Of a stretch of 64,000 bases of DNA, positions 12,192 through 26,019 are shown in pieces. The notes beneath the pieces were generated by a model. That model made no database searches and had not been told where the DNA came from. It was given only the letters and a program-made list of their open reading frames with translations. The DNA lies in NCBI GenBank assembly GCA_013239625.1, contig MU053482.1, positions 843,168 to 907,167 on the forward strand, given 5' to 3'. The translations under genes and the position numbers were made by a program. Origin of the DNA: Lama guanicoe (taxonomy: Eukaryota). The first letter of the stretch is position 1. Each line of letters opens with the position of its first letter.

Positions 12192-14638
12192 TTTACAGAA
12201 CATCCCACATCAATTATTTGGCTGTTTCCTTGTGGTGTTTTTACTTGTTCTTTATTCCATTCCTGTTACTTGGTCCTTTTATTCCCGAAGCCTCTGAAGA
12301 CTAAAGTTCATTTTTTTTTCTGACAAGAATACCTGCTATATACTTCCTGTTATGGTACTTTAGGTTGCTAAATTTACTAAGCAGTGGGTTCAAGTGCTGT
12401 CAGTGCAGTCCTTCGATTCTAATGTTTCGATAAATCTTTCACTCAAAGTTTTAGCAGTAAATGATGACTATTTCTTAGATCTGTTATTTCATTAAGAATT
12501 GCAATTTGGTTTTCTAATTCTGCTATTCCTTGTGCATATATGAGCTGTAATCCTATAATGAAGAACTCCCCATCACAAATTTTCTGGTTACCCTGAAATG
12601 TTGTCCAATCAAAAAAGGATAAATGCTTGATTACTTCCAAAGTACCCCATTTAAAAAATCAATTTGCAGAGTAATGAGATGGGACAAAGTAACCACCAAC
12701 TACAACTCATACGATTTGTATTATTTTGCTTTTCAGCATTTTTATGAATTCATTGATTTTTACATATTTGATGTGTTTTGATCAAATTTCAGTACTTTTT
12801 CTTTTAGATGTTCAACCCCCCCTTATCTTAGATTAGTGGGATTTCTTTCAGGCTGGATCTCGGCTCTTGTGACATGATCCCTTTCAGTGTTTGAGAACAT
12901 CCTTACTTTACCACAACAAATGTCATAGGTTCAGTTTTGTTGCCTTTTCTATACTGACCAAGATTCACCATTTCTCCAGGGAGCTTGATAATTTCCCACT
13001 CTCTTCTCTTTCTATATAAATAAACCTCCCCCAGAACATTATGTAAACTTGACATCCCTCTTGTCTTCCTATCCATTAACACAGTTATCTTTCCAACTAT
13101 TAAAGTCTTATTTAAAGTCCTTTTCAAGAAAGGTCTGTTAAAATAATTCTTTATGTATTTGAAATTTTGATTCATTCTTATTATTTTGTCAGGTTTTGCT
13201 ATATACAAATTTGAAACTCATTCTTAACTATATATTAGTTCATGATTAATAAATCTAATTTTTGTGGCATTATTTTATGTAGGTCTCTTGCAAATAGCAT
13301 AGAGCAAGACTTTGTTTTTCATCAAATCTGTATGGCTAACTTTTTTATAGGTAAGTTTTATCCATGTTCATTTACTGTGATTGCTAATATATTTGGACTT
13401 ATTTCTAAAATCTTACTTATTATTTTTAAAAATTCTTCCTCCATCTTTTCCTGTCTTCTCTTTGAGTTTTATTTTTTATTGCCTCCTATTTTTTCCTCTA
13501 TGATTTTGATTTCATACATAAAACTTCTGTTTTTTAATAGTTAACCTATATATGCTTTAAACATATACACTTACCTCTCTATATTTTTAACAAGTCATTT
13601 AAGAAGAGAAACAAATCCAAGAAAGGCTGCATAAGATATAATAAGGAAAGGTGATCAAGTACCTTAGTAAAGTGTATTGTGATCATAAAACAAATGAAAA
13701 CAAATGAAATCAGATAAACAAAACCTGGAACAAAAAAAGAAAAGAAAAAGAGAGAGCGTATCTACACCTACCCTGAACTACAGCTGTTGACAATACAAAC
13801 AGCTGATAAGGGAGGGATGGAGAAAAGGGACATGAGCATAGGCTAAAGTACTTGTCTTTGTAGAAAAACTTCTTAGATATTAATAAGTTTGAGAAGTCAA
13901 TGGGCATAAATCAAAATTAACATGGGTTTCAAGTGAAGGGCAACCACCATAAGAACCAAAGTAGGATCTATAAAGAACAAAACAAAATAAAAACAGAAGA
14001 CATCCTGTTTCAAAGAAAGAAAGTATATGATGGCAAAAATAGCAGTAATTATAATAAATGTAAAAATACATATTTTTTTCATGAACCCACAGTACTGTTA
14101 CAGGATTGGCCATGTATTGGTCTATAATGCAGAATACATTCTCTAGCTACAATGTAATAAAATTAGGAACTATCAACAATGGAATTAAAAAACCTACACT
14201 TCTGGAATCCAAGTAACATATTAAATATCCCTTGGATTTAAAGGACAATATAATGATAATAAAGAAAAACTTGAATTGAATAATAATAATTACACATCAA
14301 AAATTTCAAGACTCAAATAAATAAATATTTAAAGGAAATAAGAATGGCTAGAGATAAAAAACCTAAGCATTCAACTCAGAAACTTAGAAAAGAGAAATCT
14401 TCACCCCCCCAAAAAAAGGGGCAGACTTCAAAAAAGAAGGATAAAGCTGAAAGTCAAAGATGTAACAAACAAATAGATGATTGAGAAAATGCATAAAGCC
14501 AAAAGATGCTTTTAAAAATTTATATGTCAGATCTCTGCAAGTCTGATTTTTTTAAAGTATGATTATAAACAAAACACAGGGATATACTTTTTCTCTAAAA
14601 TTTATAAGTAGGGAAAAGAAGTCCACAAAGACATAGTT

Positions 14639-15329
14639 GGAATGCACTTTGGTGCAGCCATTGTGCAAAACAGTATGGAGATTCACAAAAAAACTAAAAA
14701 TAGATTTGCCACATGATCCAGCCATCCCACTCCTGGGCATATATCCAGAGGGACACCTGCACCCCAATGTTCATAGCAGCACTATTTACAATAGCCAAGA
14801 CTTGGAAACAACCTAAATGTCCATCGACAGATGACTGTATAAAGAAGTTGTGGTATTTTTATACAATGGAATACTACTCAGCCACAAAAAGTAATAAAAT
14901 AATGCCATTTTCAGCAACATGGATGGCCCTGGAGAATGTCATTCTAAGTGAAGTAAGCCAGAAAGAGAAAGAAAAATACCATATGATATCAGTTATACAT
15001 GGAATCTAAAAAAAAACACAAATGAACTTATATATAATGCAGAAACAGACTCACAAACATAGAAAACAAACTTACGGTTACCAGAGGGGGAGGGGGTGGG
15101 AAGGGATAAACTGGAAGTTCGAGATTTGCAGATACTGACTGATATATATAAAGTAGGTAAACAAGTTTATACTGTATAGCATAGGGAACTATATTTGATA
15201 TCTAGTAGTAGCTTATGGTGAAAAAGAATATGAAAACAAATATATGTATACTCATGTATGATTGAAACATTGTGCTATACATGAGAAACTGACACAACAT
15301 TGTAAACTGACTATACTTCAGAAAAAAAA
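14639..15329 (+). mobile_element. 5'-truncated LINE-1 (ORF2 C-terminus, 3' UTR, poly-A)
   Basis: ORF 14713..15009 ([24 protein letters not shown]…MEYYSA) is the L1 ORF2 end. Poly-A tail; TSD AAAGACATAGTT / AAAGACTTAGTT. Confidence 0.92.
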
Positions 15330-16255
15330 AAAGACTTAGTTCAACCAAGCAGGAAGACTCGTCCTACCAGATAGTGACATATCACCAAACTACAGTAGTA
15401 AAATCAGAACAGCCCAGTGGAACAGAATTGAGGACTCAAAGACTAAGCAATATTCTTGTTTATATATGAAAACCTATTAACAAGAAAGGTGGCATTAAAA
15501 ATCAAAGAGGAAAGAATGAATTATTTATACTAGATGGTGTTGTGAAACTGATTAAGTATATGAGAAAAAATAAAACTTGGCTCTAACATATTATATACAT
15601 GGGAATACTAGATGGATTAAAAACTTGAATGTTAAAGGGAAAGTTACAGAGTTAGTGAAATAAAATGTTGGAATTGAAAAACATTTACCATTGCTAAATG
15701 AATCCAAAAGCCAGTTCTTCAGGGGGAAAATATTAACAATAAAATAGATTAATTCCCAACAAGCTACCAAAGGAGACAAAAAGGGATGAGCACAAATAGA
15801 AAAAAGTTAAAAATGAGATTAGGGAAATAGCAAAGATTAGTTGAATCTTGGGTAGGCACTTTCCACAATTCTTTAGAACATAAATCTGAAAATCTGAATG
15901 GGAAATATATTTTTTCCTAGAAAACCACTCAGTATGGCCCTGAGAAGAGGGAAAACAAAACTGAGCAGATCAGATATTGTGAAAGAAATTAGTCAAGTTA
16001 TCAAAGAAATATGAAATATTATCTTCACACAACCCAAAAGTTTCCTCAGATGAAGTCTTTCAAATTTTCAAAGAACAGATTATTTGATTCTATTAAATTA
16101 TTCCAAGGTATACAATAATTGTCAAAAATTTTAAGAAATTTAGGAAAACACTAAGACAGCAAATGTTAGAAAACTATAGCTCTATATTAGTAATGAATCT
16201 TGATAGAAACTTCAGAAATAAAGTAAAATATAAGGTTGATAAACTGCAGCAACAC

Positions 16256-16805
16256 CTGTATTTATAATCTACTGATGCGTAACTAGTTACTTCAAAACTT
16301 AGTGGCTTAAAACAATAATTATTATCTTTCACGGTTTCTCTGGGTCAGAAATTCAGGGGTGGCTTGGCTGGGCAGTTCTGACTTGGATTTCTCATGGGAT
16401 TGTTGTTGAGTTGCCATCTAAAAGCTTGACTGGGTTGGAGGATTCCCTTCTAGGGTGGCTCACTCACATGGCTGGCAGGTTGACTGTGATTGTTGATGGA
16501 AGGTCTCAGTTTCTTTTTAATTGGTCCTTTCATGTGGCCTGGGATGCCCCTCAACATGGTGACAAGTTTCTTGAGAAAGAGAGGCAAGCAAAACCTGCAT
16601 CCTTTTTAATGAATTAGCCTGGGAAGTCACATATCATCACTTCCGCTGTGCTCCACTGCCTGAGGCAAACACATGCCCCAGCCAAATTTGACAGGAGGTG
16701 ACACAATCCACCTATTGGTGGAAAGAGTGAAAGTCACATTGTAAGAAGAGCGTGAAGGATAGGGTAAATTATAGTTATGGCCATCTTTGGAAAATGCAGT
16801 CTACA
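16256..16805 (-). mobile_element. MLT1-type MaLR solo LTR
   Basis: CAAAACTTAGTGGCTTAAAACAATAA…GGGTCAGAAATTCAGG…GGCCATCTTTGGAAAAT, reverse-orientation MLT1. Confidence 0.75.
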
Positions 16806-16935
16806 GGGGGTAGGGTATAGCTCAGTAGTAGAGCACCTGCTTAGCGTGCATGAGGTCCTGGGTTCAATCCCCAGTAATTCCATTTTAATTAAATAAATAA
16901 ATAAACCTAATTCTCTGCACCCAAAGAATTAAATT
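16806..16935 (+). mobile_element. tRNA-Ala-derived SINE (vic-1-like), inserted at the end of an MLT1 LTR
   Basis: A box TAGCTCAGTAG, B box GGTTCAATCCC, AAAT-repeat tail, CTACA on both flanks. Confidence 0.85.
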
Positions 16936-19900
16936 AATCTGCTACAATACCAAAGTATATTATAGCATGATGAACTAGTAGCTTATTCCAAAAGGTAAAG
17001 GAAGGTTCAAAGGGGAACTCTATTAAACTATAAGCCATCATAATAATGTCAAATAAGAAAAGCCATATAATTATTTTAATCAATGCCAAAAGTTACCTCT
17101 TAAAATTCACCACTGATCCTTTCTTTAAAACTACAAACAAAGCAAGTTAGCTACAGAAGAATAAAGAAATGCAAATATATCTCAAATCCAAAGGTAAAAC
17201 ATTAAAAGCATTCTCATTAAAATTGGAAACAAGGATACCACAAATTCACTATTTTAAAATCATTAATATGAAAGCACTTGCCAAAGCAAGCAGACAAAAT
17301 TATTGTAGAGGGTCTGATTGTTTTTCTGGGAAAACCAACTGAAAATTATTAGCAATTATGAGGGAATTCAGTGTCCCAGAAATTCCAGGACTAGGTTTGT
17401 ACCATAGAGAAACTTACACATTTATACCAGAAGATATGTACAAGCGCATTTAGAGTATCACTGCTCACCAGCAAAAAACTAGAAATAATCCGAAAAGCCC
17501 AACAACACTAAGTTGGATATATAAGCTGTTTTTCATACTGTGAAATAGTACACAGCAGTGAAAATAAACTGCATCTACATCAACATGGCTTCTTTGTAAA
17601 AATCTAACACTATGTTAAAGTAGCCATTCACAGAAGAATATATACAGTGGTTCCATTTATATAATGTTCAAAAATAGGCAAAACTAAACAGTTTTGCTTA
17701 GAAATGTAGACATAGGTAGTTAAAACTCAAAAAAAAAAAGGTAGGGAATACCAAACGCAACATTGAAGATAATAGTTTAATAGCTGTCTCTCTAGCAGAA
17801 GGAGGAATGAAGATGTGGGCTTATCAGGGGGCTTTTAAAAGTATTTGCTGGTCTACATGGTGGCTATCCATGTTGTTATTGTATTTTAAATTGTACATAT
17901 ATATTTTCATATATTTTTGCATGTATGTAGTATATCCCAATAAATGTTCAACTTAACATATAAAATCCAATTACATAGCTTAGAGTTCAGACATAGAAAT
18001 AATAATTAAAAGTTATTTTTAAATGACATTTATAATTGCAATTAAAAAATATAAATTCCTAAAAATAAGTTTAACAAAACTACTTGGAACCTTTATAAAG
18101 ACAATTTTAGAATTCTGAGGGATTGAAAAAAATAGGAAGATATTCTTCAATCTTAGGTGGGAGAAATAAATATAACTTTGTTCTTATTAAACTTATCAAA
18201 ATTTTCAGTGGGCTCCCAATCAGAATACTAACAACTTGGGGGTGGGGGGCATGAACTGATTTTCAAGTGCTTTTGTGAGATAAAAGAAAATTAGGAAAAA
18301 GGAATAATGAGGGGAGACTAACCCAATGGCATATTAAAACTTTAATAAGGCCTCTATAATTTTAACACTGTGTGGTAGACACAGGGAAAAAGATGATTAA
18401 TGGAAAAGACTAGAAATCTGGAAATGGACCCAACTATTATAGTGAATTCTAAACATGACAAAGGTGACATTAAACTTGTGGGGAAAAGATGGCTTATTTA
18501 ATTAATGATACTGGGACAGCTGACTCACTATTTGGAAAAAAAATTTAAGCTAGATTCCATGCCTCAGTTCTTATGTCTTAGTGACTAGAAAGAGTTATAC
18601 CAGATACGCATTATAGCTTAAATATTAACTAATATAATAGCAACCAATTATTAGTTTTATTTGTCAATCACTTACATGTATGAATTTATTTAATCTTTGC
18701 AATAACCCTATATAGTAGGTTTTATTTCTCCACTACATAGATGTGAATCTGGTTAAGGAACTCTAATTTATAGAACCAGAAAGTGGTAGAGACATGAAAC
18801 AAGCTTAGGTAGTGGGTCCAGGGCTTGTATTATGATATGCTATAGTAATAAAACATAATAACAGGCTAATATATCCAACATCTAAAAGTTACCATATGTA
18901 ACTTTTACTTCCTTTTCTCCAAAATGAAAATCATCATCATATTATTCTGTGGAATGTTCCCAATATATGAGCTATTTCCTTCCTTTTCCTTATCCTCATT
19001 GAGTGAAAATGAAAGGGGAAATTCCTCTTCATTGTCCATTAAATGCACTACATATAAACGAATAAAATTAAATACATTCTTCTACCTGTCTAAGAATTGA
19101 GAAATGGACCCATGAAACAGGACAGCCCCAAAAGTGATCTGGGTGCATGAGGGCATGTGTGTGTTAATAATATAGTAATTTAGTATGTGAAAAGGTAGCA
19201 CCACAGTCAGTGGAGAAAGCAGATGTTACTAGGAAAGTAAGTGGGAAGAAAAGAGAATGTTTTAAGTTCTCCCATCATTTCTCACACCTAAATAAATACC
19301 TGATAGGTTTAAGAGTTAAACTTATAAAATACGTGAAGCTATAAAAAATAATTGAGGAAAATAAAAGTAATTACATATTAGATTTGGGAATGGAGAAGAG
19401 CTTTCAAAGCATAAAACTATACATAAAAAGAAAAAGAAAAAAGATTTCACTTGAGGTAAATTCAAGTTATATCAACAAAGAAGTCCTTAAAAGTAAAAGG
19501 GAAATGATAAACTAAGAGAAATACTTACAAAATATAACAAATAGTTTATATATTTTATATACAAAGAGTACATTTTATCAAATGGAAACAAAAACTCAGT
19601 AGGAAAAAAAGTAATGTATGTTGAGTCAATTTATCAGAGAAGGAATGCAAATGACCAATACATATATGTTTAAAATAGTCGCTCTTAATAAAGACTGAAA
19701 GGATGCAATTCAAGGCTAAATTTTAAAAGTAATATTCAGTGCTGGTAAAGGTTCAACAACACAGGAACTTTCATCAAAAGGTTGTAGTAGTTAGTTCATG
19801 CATTATTTCTACAAAAGAGCTTAAGTTTTCAAAAGCCTAAAACATGTTTATATCCTTTGAATCTGTTATCCTATTTCCCAGAGCATATCTTGAGGAAATA

Positions 19901-21869
19901 GAGATACACTTAATAAGTTGTGTATAAGAATATTTATTATTAGTTGTTTATAATAGTAAAATATTGGGAAAAATTTAAGTTTTTTAAAAGGAAATTTAAA
20001 TAAAGCATGGCACATACCTGGAATGAAAGACTATATAATCTTTAAAACTCATGCTACCAAAACATACTTGGATAAAAATTCACTGCATATGTTAAATGAA
20101 AAGAATTACACATATAACAGCCATTCATACATTCAACAAATATTAATTGAGTGCTTACTATCTGCCAGGCAGAGTTCTATATACCGGGAACATTCCCTAC
20201 CCTAATGGAGCCTATTTGTCAAGATTCAAGTTTTTTTATATATACTAATTTCTCTATATTCATGTATCTTAAATTATGTTTGTATGTTTGTGTATGGATA
20301 TGTATGCACACATACTAGTATTTGTACCGATTAGTGATTACATATGTATATTAAGTACTGGATAAAAGACTGTAAGTAAATACATCCAAATGTCAATAAT
20401 GGCAGTGAACTCTGAGTGGTGCACAAGGATGAGTAATCGATTAAACATTACCAGCCCTCCACAATATGCCCTCACCTTATACATTCACACTTACACTCTA
20501 CTGCAACTAGACCAGTTTCCTTATTTGTCCCCTCATATTCTGCCTGAGACTGACAATCTTCATATCTGGAATGATACCTTCCAATTTATAACAATTATTT
20601 AAATTTGAGTCCCTGTTCCTGTCTTTTGCTTAGAAGTGCTACTCATTGCAGCATTGTTTACTGTGTGATAACTTTAGAAATTCTTATTAACCTCAGGTGC
20701 CTTATTTCCCCAGGGTTAAGGAAAGACATTCTTTATCTCAGGCCATCAAAACCAGTTTGAATTATATAGTAGACTTGAATGACTGGCTGAATAAATGAGT
20801 AAATATTGGGAAAAGAAACTGGGTGGGAGGCAGGGCCTTGCTGCATAGGAGGCTTGAAAGCTTCCCAGCCCAGTGAGGAACATTTTCTATTTAGTCTGGC
20901 CCATCCATTCCCTTAGCTACTTCCACTACTCCCACTATCCATGGAGAATTCAGGGGCATTTTATAAGAGGAAAGACAATCCCACTCACCTGGGATCAGAT
21001 TGTGAGGAAAATAATGAACATTCCTTCCTCCTCTATATTCCTTTTTTGGGGAAGGATGGAGTGTTGAAAAGGCTGAGCTGAGGGAAAAAGGAGGAGGCAT
21101 GAAAGACAGCATGATGTAAAATTCCCAGACTCACCACAATCCCCACATACTAACTGTACGTGATCCCTCAAGTCTCCTAGAAAGAGGTCAGAAGGAACCC
21201 AAGAACATTTCTGTTCCTTTTCAAGGGAGGAGAGCTATAAGAATTGGCACCCAAGATCTTATTTCTAACCGTTTAAAAAAAGTACAATTCTAGTTTGGGC
21301 ATGAAAACCCAGAATCTGATTTCACAGTTTAGTCTCTCCAGGGATGCAGATACTTTCTACATAAATTAACCTCTCTGAGCCTCAAGGATTTCCTAGTTTA
21401 TTATGAATAGCAAGAACAATAAAAAAATAATCGGAATAATAGCAGCACACTTAGTCTCCTCCTAAATGTATTTATCTTATTTTGTTCAATCAGTTAAGTA
21501 AAAAGATAATTCCACCACCCTCCCCTATTCTTACAACATAAATAAAAGTACAGAGTCTTAGCGAAGGATCCCAGATTTAGACTCCCAGGATCTGTTCATA
21601 GTCTCAACTTTATAACCAACAACTTGTAGAACTTAGAAAAAGACCAGACTCCTAGACCTCCCAGTGCCTCACTTTCCTCACCTGTAAAACGGGGGCATGA
21701 GCCTCTGCCGTCCAGGTCCTCCCTTGCTGATCACGGGTACCTGGGGAAAATGATAAACAGTTAAGAGCCTTCTTTCTCTAGAGAGAAAAATGATTCATGG
21801 TGTCCCAGGAGCAGGGCAGATTTGGGCTCCTCCTATGCAGCAAGGGCCTCCAGAATTCGTACATCTCAA

Positions 21870-22810
21870 GCCCCGGATTCAGACGTACAAACGGTTCTCG
21901 CGGAGCGGGACCCGCGCGGCCTCTGCTCCTGCAGCAAACACACGCCCGGCCCCCGCTGCGCATCCAGACGCCCGGCCCGAACTCCGCCCCAACACCTCCC
22001 GGCACCTAGCACTCCGGCCCCAGGGCGCAAGCCGCCTCTGCCTCTCCGTTCCCGTCCCTCACTCCGTTTTAACGTGGGGAGGGCGGCTGTGTAGGACCCC
22101 CCTAAGCTGGTATCTCCTTGATTTCTAAGGCGGAGCGGCCTCTCGGCCTCCTGGCTGTCCTTCTGCCACTCAATCTTCAGTCATAGCTCTCCCCGCCCAT
22201 GTTCGCTTCTAGCTTGATGCTCCCGAGAGTCTGCCTCACTTACAGAGCCTCTGGGGAGGGACGGGGACCAGCCAAAATTCTCCGTCTAGACAAACAATGG
22301 CCGCAGCCCGCTAGTCAGAAACCGAAGCCCCAGGCCTTGGAGTAGACACTCGGGGCGTTCCCATGGAGACAGGAGGGGCGGGGCGGGAAAGAAGAGCGAC
22401 GGAGGACGTGGCTCCTGATTGGCCAGAAGGATCGGGGCGCAGCCCAGACTTAAACCACCCGCGTTCCTGGAGGGAGGATGGTGCATCACTGCACTCTACC
22501 GAGGAGGTGCTGAGCCACCCAAGATACTAACGTTAATGGGACGATTATAGGTGTTTTTAGGGCCCCTGGAAGGGAGGCAGGGCTGGAGACTCAGGGAAAC
22601 AGCTACCTTTGGGGGCGAGGGGTGGTTGCGCACATTGTCCCGCGCCCTCGGCTGAATAGGCACCTCACTAGTCCTGGTCGTTGAGTCGTCCCTACATTCG
22701 AAGTTGGAGCCACACATCCGCGAAGAGAGCTTTTCAAATTTCGTTTTATCATTGCGGAGGACCCGCTTCTCCTGCTAAGGCTCTGGCCGTGTCGGGCTTT
22801 CCTCCCGCCT
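21870..22810. promoter_or_regulatory. CpG island; ZNF214 promoter, possibly bidirectional with NLRP14
   Basis: High GC and CpG density against an AT-rich background. GC boxes at about 22376-22387, E2F-like GGCGGGAAA at 22382-22390, CCAAT (minus) at 22418-22422. Confidence 0.8.
22244..22350 (-). other. ZNF214: Probable non-coding exon 1 of ZNF214 (5' end approximate)
   Basis: Consensus donor CT|GTAAGT on the minus strand at 22243-22238, inside a CpG island and downstream of GC, E2F and CCAAT boxes. YY1-like GCGGCCATTGTT near 22293-22304. Confidence 0.55.
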
Positions 22811-24135
22811 CTCTTCCTGACAAGTCCTGGGCTTCTCTGCTACCATCAATTTCTCTCACCTGGATTATTATAATAGGCTCTTAACTGGTCCCTTGCTTTT
22901 GCTATTGCCACTCCAGTTCTCTTCATGAGGGTCCTGGATGATTCTTTCAAAGCATAATTGTGACTATTCGCTTTGCTCAAAACCCTCAGTTGGCTCAGTA
23001 GTTTATTCCTAGTGAAAGCCGAAGTTCCTACAGTGATCTCTATGGCTCTATATGATGTTTCTCTCCTTTTCTTTTCATCTTTCCTACCTCTCCGACTCCA
23101 TATTTCATTATTCTGTTCCCTCTCCCCCCTATTAGCCATTCTGGCTTAATTGTTTTTCCTTCAACTTGTCATGTTTGTTTCCACTTTAGTCCCTTTTTAC
23201 ATCCATAAGGTGTTGTGTTGATTGACTCATTCACTGTTGTAGGTGCTGGAGATGCAACGGTAAACTAAGTGGATAAAAATCTTTATCCATTATGGAGCCA
23301 TTCTATTTGGTGGGACAGAGTTGCGATGGGGAAGGGCATCAATAGTCAATGAACAAAATTGTTTGTTGGGTGAGGAATTTAAGATGCAAAAAAGCCAGGA
23401 TAATATAATTCCAACTTTGTAACTCAGTGTGTGTGTTTAGTATGTTATTGTGAGTATAATTATACAAGCATGGAGAAAAAAATACAAAATGATATATTCC
23501 AGTTAGTTGATGTGCTTAATGTGGTTTATTTATTGGGAAAGATTGATGTGAGTTAAGAGAGGGAGAAAATTGAGGGCTATAAGTTTTTCAAACTCTTAGT
23601 AAAAAGCAAATTCTACGACTTTTATTTTACCTCTGTGCTTGTGGGAAATAAGGAAAATGACTAGTTTTCTTATTTGAGAAATCTCCTTGCATTACCTTTT
23701 AGTAACACAGAGATGTCATTTATGATATTATTACCAGATGAGCAAGGACTACAATCACTCAGCATTCATACCTTTTAGATGTTAAAGATATTTTCACAGG
23801 GCATTACAATAGTTTCAAAAGTCCAAGTATCTTATAAGAGTACTCTGTACAGATAACACTTTCAAATATAAACATAAATAGAACAAGGTGGTAGGTTTAT
23901 GAATATTTATGCAGGTCTCCTTATTGGACAGCAAAATAAGATGGATATTTTATTACTGTTTTCCACTTTGCACCATATTAGATTAGTTTTATGAAGAAGA
24001 ATGGCGTCTCTCCTTCCAGCCACAGGGGCTTGTGGAAATAGCTATAAAAATTTTCAGAGATGCCTTTTTGCTGGAAGTTATTAATTAGAAGACTTACGTT
24101 TTAATTTTATTATTCAGCCTTTTAAGAAAAGGCAT

Positions 24136-24378
24136 GGGAGAGGGATAAATTAGGGGTTAGGGATTAACAGACACACAACACTATATATAAAATAGATAAA
24201 CAACAAGGACCTACTGTATAGTACAAGGAACTAGATTCAGTTTCTTGTAATAACAAATAATGGGAAAAAATCTGAAAAGAAAAAATATATATCTATGCAT
24301 ATGTATAACTGAAACACCTTGCTGTACACCTGAAACTAACAATGCAAATCAACACTTGAATAAAAATTTTTTTAAAAG
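24136..24378 (+). mobile_element. LINE-1 3' UTR fragment
   Basis: CTATATATAAAATAGATAAACAACAAGGACCTACTGTATAG…GCTGTACACCTGAAACTAAC, homologous to the 3' ends at 15.1 kb and 33.9 kb; A-rich tail. Confidence 0.8.
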
Positions 24379-25479
24379 AAAAGAAGTTATGGAAAATTAA
24401 ATTTTACCAAAAGTAATAGAGAAAAGACAGAACAGAATAATAATGCAATTAAAGGCAAGCATATTCTTCCCAGGGGTTCCTTTTAGAGGAAGAGCTAAAT
24501 CAAAAGGGAAAAGAAACAAAAAAAGATTACACTAAAATACATGATATTATAAAACTTAAGCATTTACATAAAATGAAACATGGTCAGGTATATATAAATT
24601 AAATAAAAATGAAAAATGTCTAATTCATTTTTACTAAGGTACAGTCCTGGGACACTTGGTTTCTAAAACTTTATTTAACAGATTCCTCAGTTTTTAATTT
24701 TTCCATGATATGAAAGTGTTCTATTTCATGGTGTTATGAGCATCTTAGAAATGGTTTCAGAACCAAAACCCCTAACATTCATAGCTTCTCTTAAGATGTA
24801 TGTACTTGTGAATATAACATTTAGCACGATACTCAAATGACTATTATATTCATATAGTAGGCTGGAGCCAAACCAAGAGAGTTTATCCTGTTTTCTCTCA
24901 TTCTCACACTGTTCATTGTCATTGTCCTTTTGAGTTTGTATAAATCTTTATGATCTAGGGCTCTGATTCCTGATAGTGATTACGATTGTTGGATCCATGT
25001 TGCCAACTAGCCTGCCTGAGCCCTTAGTATCAGTTGCCCAGAGAGTACATTTGCTTAAAGCCAATGAATACTGGCTCCTACTTTGCCAATAAGGTTTAAA
25101 GATCTCCCTGAAGATTCCAGCTAGAGAAATGCTACTTTAAATGAGGTTACAGGCAACTCTAGAATCTCCCAAGTCTTGCTGTTATGTCAGTAGGAAAAGG
25201 TTTTCAGGATGGGTAATTGGGACAAAAAGGAAGCCATTCTAAGGGGACACACCTTTTGCCTATTTGATCCGAATTCTCTCATCAGAGAGTTAGATGATTC
25301 TAATTCCTGAAGCTGCTAGAGTTATTAGGGTCTGAGCCAATTTTGAAAGCCCTGTCCTCAGGGGCCAAGACCATAAATACACAGAAGAGAGTTCTAATCC
25401 TGTGGGATTTGGATGAAATTGCATTATCCATATATCAACCCAGAGTCATGGTGACCACGATGCTTGATTTGACTCCAAT

Positions 25480-25900
25480 GTTCCTCAATCTATCAGGCAG
25501 GCTCTTGCCTGAGGGCCTCTGCATTTGCTATTTCCTCCCCCTGGAATGCTCCATTTCCAGGATATCTGCATGGCTTATGCCCTCACTTTCTGCAAATGTC
25601 ACCTTAGCAGTGTCTTCCCTTTCCACCCAGAGAGAAATAGGACCCACTCCCTGGTCCTTACCCTCCAGCACTAGGCCATTACTCAACTCTGTTTTTCTCC
25701 TTAGCAGTGATCACTATTTGATATACTACAGTTCATTATCTGTACTCCTTCAGTAGAATGTAAGCTCCATGGGAGGCGTGGAGGTCGGGGATGAGTAGCC
25801 AAATGTTGGATGTTTCCTTCCCTGCTAGAGAAGGCCGAGAAAATTGTCAGGCATGAAGTAGGTGCTCAACAATTATAGAAATTATGGGAGGGATGAATAA
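25480..25900 (+). mobile_element. LINE-2 3' fragment
   Basis: AGGGCCTCTGCATTTGCT…CTGGAATGCTC…TAGAATGTAAGCTCCATG…GTAGGTGCTCAA. Confidence 0.65.
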
Positions 25901-26019
25901 AGGCTTGCTGCTTATTAGGAGTCAGCCCGTCTAGGAAAGGTCATCAGAAGCCAGGGTCCAACTCCCAGGCTCCCTTTTCTCCACGTTACTGGTTATCAGA
26001 AAAGGAAGGAGATTGTGTG

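Larger units (their letters stand above)
15350..20110 (+). mobile_element. Cluster of old degraded L1M fragments, interrupted by an MLT1 LTR and a SINE
   Basis: A-rich plus-strand sequence with L1 ORF2 and 3' UTR-like remnants (e.g. GACAAAGGTGACATTAAACTTGTGGGGAAAAGATGG); no ORF; boundaries approximate. Confidence 0.55.

Noticed and set aside
14713..15009. 98-aa ORF
   Set aside because: LINE-1 ORF2 C-terminal remnant, not a host gene.
21778..23139. Several overlapping ORFs in the first CpG island
   Set aside because: Stop-poor GC-rich sequence; no recognisable domains.
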